Shown piece after piece: positions 24,956 to 35,077 of a stretch of DNA of 64,000 nucleotides. The DNA is from the human T2T-CHM13v2.0 reference genome, Homo sapiens. Position numbers and translations under genes: made by a program. The notes beneath the pieces were generated by a model. The model saw only the letters and a program-made list of their open reading frames with translations, had not been told where the DNA came from and made no database searches. How positions within the stretch are numbered: the first letter of the stretch is position 1; every line of letters starts with the position of its first letter. Where the stretch lies: NCBI RefSeq assembly GCF_009914755.1, contig NC_060934.1. One strand, 5' to 3'.

Positions 24956-25533
24956 TGAACCAGCTACATTGTCAGGGTATATCCCTGGGTTTCATCATCT
25001 TGCGCCAGGAAATTTAGAACACAGACACACACAAGGAGTTTAGGAGTGGAGGTTTAATAGGAAGATGAAAAGAGAAAGAGAAACAGCTCTCTCTCTAGAG
25101 AGAGAGGGGTATCTGACAGGAAAAGACTGGATGGTGATGGATGCACCAGATTTTATAGTCCAGCTTAAAAAGGTGGCATCTGATTTACACAGGGCTCACA
25201 GATTGATTTGATCAAGTGTGACATTTACATAGTGCACAGGGAAGGCTTGTTGTCCCACCCTAATCTCATTATGCAAATGGGCTTTCCAGTTAATCGGTAC
25301 CATCTTGTCTGCTCCTTACTGTACATATGGCTGACAAAGAGAAGGGAAGATGGAGCAGCTATCTTGAACATGATTGACACAACTGCCAGTATCTATGTCT
25401 GCAGCTCAATTTTACAGGCTCCTCTTCATCAGAAAGGAAAATAATTAGGGATTACTTTTTATTAAAAGGAAAACCTTACCAAGGACTTCTGTACCCTATC
25501 TGCCTAAGTAATTTCTTTTTAATTCCTGTATCA
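24956..25533 (-). mobile_element. 3' LTR (MER61-like)
   Basis: Minus strand begins TGATACAGGAATTAAAAAGAAATTACTTAGGCAGATAG and ends TTCA; homologous to 30972-31483. Confidence 0.9.
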
Positions 25534-25544
25534 TTCTCCCCTCT
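25534..25544 (-). other. Polypurine tract
   Basis: AGAGGGGAGAA immediately precedes the 3' LTR on the minus strand. Confidence 0.85.
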
Positions 25545-27973
25545 GGAGTGGTAACCCTAACTACTGTTACTGGGTGTTGGACAACAACTCTTTCTGGCTA
25601 CTTCCTGCTGAAAAGAGGCATTGTGTGGGGAACAGCATCTAGGATTACTCCTGGGGTTGATCTAAAGGTCCTTGGAAGAAACACATATCCATGTGTGGTT
25701 CTGTCTGCAGCACCATTTGGATTTTGATTGCTGTCAGCTATTATGATGGGTTATAATACTGGTTTGCCTCCACCAGATATCGTTGAAATGTTAGTATAAA
25801 AGTAACATTCATTTTAGGGTAAGTGGCATTGGATTTGGGTGGCTAGACTAACGTTAGTGTTAACCCTGGGTAAATCTTTCCTGCAATTATTAACCCCTTA
25901 AAAACTTCCACAGACCATCTAAGACATGCTTAAACCTTCTGACTTGTCCTAAATATCCCTCTTTTAAACAACCAACTATTCTCTTTAGGACAAGTATTTA
26001 CCATACAAGATCCTTTCTTATATAAAATCTCTTTCCATTATAACCTTCTTTCCATAGCCAAGGTGTGATATATAACCAAACCCAATAAGATGTCCTAGCC
26101 AACTCAGTGATAGTAAAATTTTCAGGCTTCCTTTTTGTTGGTTACTATTATCCCAGCTATAAAGATAATAATTAAGCAAAATACTATGGCAATGGAAACT
26201 CTCTGTGCGATATTTCACTTAGAAGGTGCTACCATGTAAAGCTCTACTACAAATCATAGATTGAGTATAGCAATTACTGCAAGGGAGATGTAGTATATTA
26301 TTTCCATCTAAAATTTTACTTGCCAAAATATAGAATTTCCTTTTGGGAATTCTATGAAGTTCCTTGGTTTTATTTTCCAAACAAAGAAACATCTGGGTTT
26401 TGGGCATCCTACTCACTTTCATTATCTGGCAGAGTTTGTGGAATAATTGCCCAGAACTAATTGCCCTATAACTAATCCAGATTTTTACATTACTCATTTT
26501 TTTTTTGCTTATTGCAAGCTGTAGGAGATCATGTAAAACTGTTTAGTGATCTCAAACACATTTTGCACTGTTAACTCTTAGCAACTTTTACTTTTGGTGA
26601 AAAACCTTGTTAGTAAGCGATTTTAATTATGTACCAGCTGTGGAGCCTAGGACCCAAACAGAAGTGCAGATAAGCTCTGACTCCTTCCAGCTTCTAACTC
26701 CATGTGTCCTAGGCCTTACCTATCTGTAAAGCACACAGCATACAACCTTGGGACATTTAGCAAACCTAGTATCTAAGTTGTATTATTTAGACCACTTATT
26801 TGCATTTTGATGACACTTGCATTTTGCCAATGATTCTTAAGACTATTTTCATTTCTTAAAGATTAAAGTCACATGAACTAAAAAATATTTGATTTATGTG
26901 CTTATTTTTTCTTAAGCCAATCAATTAGAGCTCTTTAAAGACTTTACACACAACACATATATAGCAACACAAACAGACAGAAGATTCAGCACTTATAAGA
27001 TTTTTCATTTGCCAGTTCCTTAACTGAATTACTGGTTTCAGGATTGCATCCTTGGAGGAACAGGGCCAGGAAAGCATGCATTTCTAGGGCATAATAAGCA
27101 GGCACAGCTGAAGGCAAAGACAGATTCCTAAAATTAAGAGTGCCATTATATACTGGATCTTGGATCACCAAAAGGAGGGATATACTATGGGAGAAGACAA
27201 TGCAGTACTTCTACCATGCATTTCATTGCAAGGCAACCCAAGGCCAGTTGGCTTATTTTGTAATCAGCCCATCCCTCATGGGAGTCTCATCTCTTGACTC
27301 GGGGGATGCGGGGTGGGTGGGGATGTTTCCATACTTTTCAGGTGGCCAAGAGCATGCTTCTCTGTTTCAAATGTGAATGCGATTGAATTCAAATTCAAAT
27401 TCATGTCTCCTAACTGGTTGTTACACACCATAGCTCTCTCATAATGTGATGTAATTTGATACCCCCAAACTAAAAACTATCAGATAACACAATGCAAAAC
27501 AGAACAGAACATTTGATTTTGAGAGGGAACTATCTGCTTTTAATTCCAGCGGTTTCCTGAAGAAAACAGAGGGTTTTTTTTTCCAAGGAGTCTCAGGCTA
27601 CCAGAAGTTATCTTAGGGGCTCTCTTGTGTGCATTAAGAGCAGCAAGACAAAAAAAATGGAGAAAAATTGTTCGGTTGACTAAAAAGAAAAAAAAAAATC
27701 TTTTTCCAGAAAAGTGAGATCCAAGAAGAGAAAAACAAAGGCCTTTTAAATATCCCTATAACTTGAATATCCACTTTTAATTAAGCTGAGCACTCTATAA
27801 GAAAATCCTTTTAAATCCCTTGTTACTCTACTTTAGCCTTGCCAAGCAGTTAAGATTTTCAGCTTTTGAACTGAAAAGTTAAATAGCTCACAGGTGAAAC
27901 CAACAAGCTTTAATTAAGTTATGACTTAATCATGAGTATACAAGGCATTTTCAAAGGGATGATAAGCAGCTTT

Positions 27974-28401
27974 TGAAACCGTCATTGCAAAATTGTGACT
28001 TCGATAGTGAAAGAGATCCAACCCAACCAACACCATTTTGTTTTCATCCCCCAAGCCGCTCTTGTCCGTCCCTGTGCATAGGCTGAACCAATTTGGGGAG
28101 GAGCCAGTTTAAAGTTCATAGTTCAAAACAAAAGTGATAACAGCCCCTTTCTAAGATATACTTCCCTCCTGCCTGGGGACCAGACCAAGAAACTAGCCAC
28201 AAAATTAAAAACCGTGGCTTAGGAGTCACGTAGGTGGAGTCTACAAGATTTTGACCCTCCTTTAACTGATCTCAAGATCAGTGTTTAAGTTATTTTGTAA
28301 ACTTGCCCTTGGTGGATTAGCCATCCCCACCCAGATTAATAAATTGGCTGATCTGATTTTGTGGCCCTCACCCAGGAACTGACTTAGCACAAGAAGACAG
28401 C
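27974..28401 (+). mobile_element. LTR8-like 5' half embedded antisense in the proviral internal region
   Basis: tgaaaccgtcattgcaaaattgtgact...gtgaaagagatc...cccaggaactgacttagcacaagaagacagc. No 3' end or TSD. Confidence 0.8.
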
Positions 28402-29089
28402 CACCATTGTAAAATGTCAGAGACTAAAACAAAGTATTGCCACTTGGTTACAGGGCATGCTCCCAGGACGTGAAACAAGATGGTGGCCTGTAGTCAAGTT
28501 TGTTACTGACCATTTTGTTGGGCTGACTTGAATGGAAGGCTTATGGGGTCCTGGGTCTGCATCCCAACCTAAGATACCCTTTCTTGTGACAGAACCATAC
28601 AGAAAGACACACAAGCACACCATATTGGCTACAGCTTAAGACCAAACATGTGAATCTTTTTTCATTAATTAAAACTTTACAGAGAATGTAAACAATGATC
28701 CTTATTATCCCTTTTACCAGTTTGCACAGGGAGAGAGAACACAAAACCCCACTGGTAAGAAATTTTTACCTTTTTGCCGGCATGTCAGTCTTCTGTGTTC
28801 CCCTCCCCTCAGCTCAACTTGAGCCAAACATGTTAAGGTTTGAGAAAATTAATTTTTCCCAAGTTGCTTTAACATTATAAAGGAAAGGATAAAAGCTGTT
28901 TTAAACCATGAAAGGAGGAAAAGCACCACAGAAAAGTCTGGGGATTCCAATAGGGATGTCAGGAGGTGCTGCCTCTCTTCCTATTGGGAATTGTGTTTCC
29001 TCTATTTCTTTGCCTTCCCTCTTTTCTGTTTTCCCTTTTGGCCTACTATAGGAGATCTATTGCTGATCTCCTAAATTCTCTGCTGCCTT

Positions 29090-29540
29090 CAGAGCTGCCT
29101 GTTTTTTGATGGCAGTTAGGGTTTGGCTTACGAGTAGCTTAACATCCCTTCATGAGAGGTTAAACACCTGAGTTAAATTTTGAAAAGCTTCTATGAAATT
29201 ATCGGGGTCATCAGAAAATCGGCCTAGGTCTCCCTTTATTTTCCTAAGGTGCTGTTATGAGAAAGAAACTTGAGGAGGTCCCGAATAAGGGGGACCCTCA
29301 AATGGTTACCCCGCAAGTTGTTTCTTTAATTTTGAAGAATCATTCTCTATAGGCCTGCCTGATATGGCTGCTAAAAGGGCTGGGTTGATTGTTCAGTGCT
29401 TACAAAGATCTAGTAAGAAGGCCAAGCCCTTGTGGAAAAGAAAATGAACCACTTTTTCTTCAAAGTTTCAAGGTCAAAGCAGTCCTCGTGCTTCAGAATG
29501 CGCTCCAGGAGTGCAAACTGAAGATCATCTGTTTCCCATC
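29090..29540 (-). pseudogene. gag: Degenerate gammaretroviral-like gag (matrix and capsid pieces)
   Basis: LLERILKHEDCFDLETLKKKWFIFFSTRAWPSY (MA-like) and IKGDLGRFSDDPDNFIEAFQNLTQVFNLS (CA-like), with stops/frameshifts. Confidence 0.85.
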
Positions 29541-30949
29541 TAGAAAGAGAAGCGAGAAAAAGGCATCCCGTTTTTCTCGCTTTCGGTGTGACCCAGGGTG
29601 GAGGAGAATACAATGGGGATATTCCCCTGCTGTTTTCCCTCCTTGGTTCCTGGGACTGAGCACCTTCTTAAATATGCCACCCATGGTTGCAGGTGTGACC
29701 CCAGCCATGGAACCAGAGGAACTAAGCAATTGGGATTGGTCATGCTTATCTATATGACTCTAGTACTCCACCTGTAATTTCCCTTTGACTTCCTAGACTT
29801 GTGTGACCTGCCTTGCTCCCTGAAAAAAATGGATCTCAGGAGAGACTATGTGACAGTTGCATTTGTGCAACTGTTGCACTTCCCTCCTTAATGGAGGAAG
29901 TATGCTGGTTTTAGCTCTGTATCCTGCTATTATGGTCTATACTAAAGCATTTACCCTTAGAGAATGGTTCTGGTTAATTTCTAAACTTAAAATGCCCTTA
30001 CTAATTAAGCTGGGGATTTTAATTCTAACTGGAGGCAAAATAGGTGCCTTACAAGTATGTAGGGACCGAATGGTCCATTTTCCTGCTGATGGTACAGTAT
30101 TGAGACTAAAATTTGGCTTCAGAGAACATTTTACTCCTAGTTGTTGAAGGCAGAATTTTCCATTTTACAGAAGCAGCATAAAGCCTGGTTTCTAGTTGAG
30201 AGGTGCAAAAAGGGGAGCACATTGGGAAGCTAGGGTGTTTCAGTAAAGGACTGACAATGTGACTCATGGAGAGGATTCTTATTCCACTAGGTGGTGGTGT
30301 TGACCTGGAAATCCATGTGCTCTTCAGCCTAAGGGCAGAGAGAGATGCTCCCACTGTGAGCCAGGACCCTCTGTTCCTAGAAAATCACAAAGATGCCTTC
30401 CCTTGAGCTATATCAGCAGTTACTATGACATTCCCTGAACTTGCCCAACAAGATTACTTCCTTGAACTGTAAAACTTCCTACACATTGCATACACAGAGA
30501 ACATAATAGATATGACAGTCCCAGACAGGAAAGGAGGAAATTACAGTAGGAAAATTGGAGATCCTGTTGCTGACACCCCATCAAGAGGTCAGAGGTTGAG
30601 GTTAGTCCAGAAGCCTTCGGGGGTAGCCCCAGCTAGAAATCCTCAGTTGCCCCAGGACTTCTTCCTGCCCCACGTGATGGCTAAGTCCTCCATGAAAGGA
30701 AGTGAGTTCAAACCTGGCCAACATGCCCAGCAACCTGTTGGTGCTGGGAGATTGTCCATGTTCTACCCAGTAAGCCTGTACCCAAAGTCTTGTAAGGCTT
30801 ACAGCCAAGCTAATCATTTTTAAATGGCTGCGGGGGACCCAGTACTTGGTTTGATTTCATCCCACAACGGATGCCAAGAGCCTTAAAATGAAAGGACAAA
30901 GTTGGGGTCTGTTCCTCTACTCACTGTTTCAATGAATGTTGTACCAGGT

Positions 30950-30968
30950 ATCCCAGACAAGGTCCCCA
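30950..30968 (-). other. Primer-binding site, tRNA-Pro-like
   Basis: TGGGGACCTTGTCTGGGAT, 3 nt downstream of the 5' LTR, versus canonical TGGGGGCTCGTCCGGGAT. Confidence 0.75.
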
Positions 30969-30971
30969 ACA

Positions 30972-31483
30972 TGAAGAAGCTACATTATCTGGGGTATATA
31001 CACTGGGGTTCATTGTCTCATGCCAGGAAAATTTAGGACATGGACACACATGGAGTTTAGGAGTGGAGGCTTAATAGGAAGAAGAGAAGAGAAAGAGAAA
31101 CAGCTCTCTCTATATAGAAGGCGGTGTCTGATTTATGTAGCCTAACAGATTGGTTCAATCAGATGTGTTTACATAGCACACAGGGGAAGGCTGGTTGCCT
31201 TACCCTAATCTGATTATGCAAATGGGCTTTCCAGTTGATCAGCGCCATCTTGTGTACTCCTTACTGTACATGTGGCTGACAAAGAGAAGGGAAGATGGAT
31301 CTACCATCTTGAACATGATTGGCACGGCTGCTGATATTTATGTCTGCAGCTCAATTTTACAGGCTGCTCTTTGTTAGAAATGAAAATAATTTGCGGCTAT
31401 TTTTTTATTAAAGGGAAAACCTTACCAAGGACTTCTATACCTTCACAATCTTCCTAAGTAATTTCTTCTTAACTCATGTATCT
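30972..31483 (-). mobile_element. 5' LTR (MER61-like) with an internal deletion relative to the 3' LTR
   Basis: Direct alignment by eye to 24956-25533. Confidence 0.9.
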
Positions 31484-31559
31484 ATAAGACATTTCTTGCC
31501 ACTATAGATAGGTTACAATCAAGATCCTGGTAAAGCCAAATTAGATGGCTTATTATTAA

Positions 31560-31880
31560 ATCAGTGTTTCTCAAACTTTGATGGACACCATGAAGTGTCT
31601 GTAGAGATTATTAATAAAAATGGTATCAGTATTCTCAGCCCAGAAAATCTGATTTAGCAGAATTGGGCAGGGTTTGAGTATCTCTATTTGTTCTATTTTC
31701 ATACTGGTGTTGAAGTAATCTAATGTTTGAAAAATATTTGATTAGAGACAATGTTACATTTGGTGTATAGTTGTGTAGTTAGTGGAGCTTTTAAAAACAA
31801 TATAGATGCTTAGACATCACTCCATAACAACTGAATCAGAATCTCTGAGTATAAGGTCCAGAAATCCACATTTAATGTGT
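31560..31880. mobile_element. MER5-family hAT MITE fragments
   Basis: cagtgtttctcaaacttt..., tctgatttagcagaattggg, actgaatcagaatctctg. Confidence 0.65.
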
Positions 31881-33924
31881 GCCCTCAAACTACCATTTTA
31901 TAAGAACTAAAAAGTGTTTACAAAATTGATATTTTAAAAATTTGTATTTGTTTGGACTTCAGGGATACACATTCAAGAATCTTGTATTATAACATAATAT
32001 ATTACAAATAAAAAAGAATTTTCTATACTAGCACTTTGTAAACAATGTGTGAAACATTAACCTTCAATACTTAATGGAATATCTACCAGATTGTTTTCAG
32101 TCCTGCAATCACCTCACATCTTTTAGCTGCTCAATCAGTCAGTGCAGCTTGAAGATCAAAGGAAAATTCTGCACAAGATCAACCTTGTGTAGAAGGGTAT
32201 TCCTCCTGCTAAAATACATCTTACAAATGTATTGATTTCCTAAAAAGATCAGGTGAAAACTGAATAAATTTTACCAACTACAACAAGACAACTTAAGAAG
32301 TGCAAGAGTACGTCTAGCTTGTATTTTACAAAACCGTATTTGCTTTGTATTATATCAATTCACAGATCTGTACATATGTGAGAAAATTGAGTTTTTCTTC
32401 TTATTCAGTTTCATCAGTGAGAAAAAAATGTGTTTCACTTAGGATTGAATATTTTACAAGTCTAACAAATTGTCAGTTTAGCTTCAGGTTATTTTGATCA
32501 ACTCCTAGGTAGGAGAGGTAATCAAATTTTGTTTCATTGTCAATTTTATTGAGAAGAGTTCCAAGTCATTGAAGACATAAGGAGAGGAGAGGTTAAAGAA
32601 TATAAAAGTATCTGGTCACAATTTCTGAGCAGAGTAAAATAATTGGAAATTGACTGCAATTATTATAAAAGGGATTTTATTGATATTTTAAAATCATATT
32701 TTAATGAACAAAAATTACATAAAATCACATTACCCTTTATTTTTCATGCAACAGATACTTTCTAATCTTTACTTCAACTACCTGGTTTTTATTCAATTAT
32801 GTAGTATGGATAGGATCCTTTCTTTATTATTAGCCATAAAATTAAGTACTCAATATATTATACAAATTCATAGAGCTAGCTACTCAGCCTTTTAAGTCAA
32901 ATATCTGCCTTAAAAATTTAAAAATTAAAATCCAAACTCTAGAACATATTTTTAATACAGGTGATAAATACCTCAACTGAAAACCACCACAACAAAACAT
33001 GTAAGAGCCTTTGACAATAATCACAATATATCCATATGTTCATTGACATCACCCTTATGTCACACTGTTTCTTTGTGAAAAGAAAAAAAATACACATAAA
33101 AAAACTATGTGACTTGTAAATTAGAACATTCTTAAAGAAACATATTTTCAACAATATGCTGGAATAAGCTGTTATAAAAGGATAGTCTTCTTGCTGAAAC
33201 AAATGAAAACACTAATTAAAAAATATGAGTTAGTAACATTAAAGAAATCACTCTGCTCAAAATAAATAAATTCAAAAGTCATTTGCATGTGCCAGAGACA
33301 AAAAGAAAACTGAAGGTAAGAAAGGTAAGCAGCCATCAAGATCAAGGCATCTCCTAAGGCAGCAGATCCTGGACAAAGGGCTGAAGGATGAGTATGAAGA
33401 CCAAGATTGGATAGATGTGGCCTCAGGCCTGAAGCAGATAGAGGAATCAAGGGGAGCCACTGTGTAACTCATAAAGCTTCTAAGGACTGCAAAGTATATA
33501 AATTGTAGGGCACAAGTAGTAAGCAATCAACAGCCAATGTGTATAGAAAGAAAACTAGAATGCTGGAGGCATAAAATTATAAAGCATATACAAAACCATC
33601 CTAACATTAAAGAGAGTTAGCTAATAAAAAAAAGTGAATTATAGAAATAACACCTTAAAGAACCTAGAAAATGAAAACTATTTTACAGTGATTATAAAAT
33701 AAGAATAGAAGAACTTATAAACTGATTGAAGTGATAAGACAAGGAATAAATACCATGAAGAACAAAATTGTTTAAAAAATAAAATACTGGTTTGAAAAAC
33801 AAATATTTTATTTCTAAAAACAACTTTATTGCAGTACTTTATATGTCATAAAATTTACCTATTTCAAGTGTACAAGTTAGCCATTTTTAGTGACTTCACT
33901 GAACCATTATAGTAATGGTGAAAC

Positions 33925-34615
33925 TGAGAGATGAAGCCAGCTGGACCCCCTGGGTTGATTGAGGACTTGGAGAACTTTTCTGTCTAGCTAAAGGTTTGTA
34001 AACACACCAATCAGCACTCTGTAAAAATGTACCAATCAGCACTCTGTGTCTAGCTAAAGTTTTGTAAATGCACCAATCAGCACTCTGTAAAAATGGACCA
34101 ATCAGCACTCTGTAAAATGGACCAATCAGCAGGGTGTGGGCAGGGCCAATAAAGGAATAAAAGCTGGCCAACCCCAGCTAGCAGCAGCAACCAGCTCGGG
34201 TCCGCTTCCACATTGTGGAAGCTTTGTTCTTTCACTCTTCACAATAAATCTTACTACTGCTCACTCTCTGGGTCCACACTACCTTTGTGAACCGTAACAC
34301 TCACTGCAAAGGTCTGCAGCTTCACTCCTGAAGTCAGCGAGACCACAAACCCACTGGGAGGAACAAACAACTCCAGATGCGCCACCTTTAAGAGTTGTAA
34401 CAATCACTGTGAAGGTCTGCCCCTTCACTCCTGAAGTCAAGCGGGACCATGAACCCACCAGAAGGAAGAAATTCTGGACACATCTGAACATCTGAAGGAA
34501 CAAACTCCGGACACACCATCTTTAAGAACTGTAACACTCACCACGAGAGTCCGCGGCTTCATTCTTAAAGTCAGCAAAACCAAGAACCCACCGGAAGGAA
34601 CCAATTCTGGACACA
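33925..34615 (+). mobile_element. LTR12 (ERV9) solo LTR
   Basis: tgagagatgaagccagctgg...ctggacaca, CCAATCAGC repeats, U5 repeats, and a 4-bp TSD AAAC (33921-33924 / 34616-34619). Confidence 0.96.
34005..34165 (+). promoter_or_regulatory. LTR12 U3 promoter: six CCAAT (NF-Y) boxes, a GC/CACCC-like element and an AATAAAA TATA-like element
   Basis: CCAAT at 34007, 34032, 34073, 34098, 34122, 34146; AATAAAA at 34156; poly(A) signal at 34243. Confidence 0.7.
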
Positions 34616-35077
34616 AAACCATTAACATAAATCAGTTTTAGAACATTTTTTCTCCTTAATAAGATCTCTTATGCCCATTTACACTTAACCCATGTCCCAT
34701 ACTTAGACCTAGGCAATGAGAAAACTACTTTCTGTCTTTATGAATTTGATGTTTCTGGACACTTCATATAAATAAAATTATACAATGTGTGGTCTCTTAT
34801 ATTTGTCTTCTTTCACTAGGCATGATGTTTTTGAGATTTGTCCATAATTGAGTGGTCCCTGCAGCAGGGCAGGCTGGTACTGTGGTTTCCCACTTTGGTA
34901 AGTTTGCCTCTGCTGCTCAGTCAGGGAGGGACAGCAGTGGGAAGGACACAGTGGCACCAAACGGGCCTAGACCTCTGGGCAGCATGAACGGAACAGCTGC
35001 CCACTGGAGGTCAGAGAATATGGGGGAGCAAGACCTGAGGCCATGTCCACTTCTGCCATTGAGTGCCCAGGGTTCAA

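Larger units (their letters stand above)
24956..31483 (-). mobile_element. ERV1 (MER4-group) non-autonomous provirus with MER61-type LTRs
   Basis: Two direct-repeat LTRs, a PBS, a PPT and a gag remnant, all in minus orientation. Imperfect 4-bp flank match (ATAG/ATAA). Confidence 0.9.
33817..34848 (-). mobile_element. Old L1 (L1MB/MC) 3' end, interrupted by LTR12
   Basis: caactttattg...tcaagtgtaca... continues after the LTR as aaatcagttttagaacatttt...tctggacacttcatataaat. Confidence 0.75.

Noticed and set aside
25366-25385. Possible p53 response element in the MER61-like LTRs (GAACATGATT...; also ~31311)
   Set aside because: Only one imperfect RRRCWWGYYY half-site with no matching second half. 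Some MER61 subfamilies carry p53 sites, but this copy does not show one.
32090-32270. Unique, moderately GC stretch after TTTTCAG as a possible exon
   Set aside because: No strong donor, no recognisable peptide, and no ORF of 60 aa or more.
33990-34130. Regularly spaced CCAATCAGCACTCTG repeats, superficially CRISPR-like
   Set aside because: These are the normal U3 tandem repeats of LTR12; the spacers are not unique and the context is eukaryotic.
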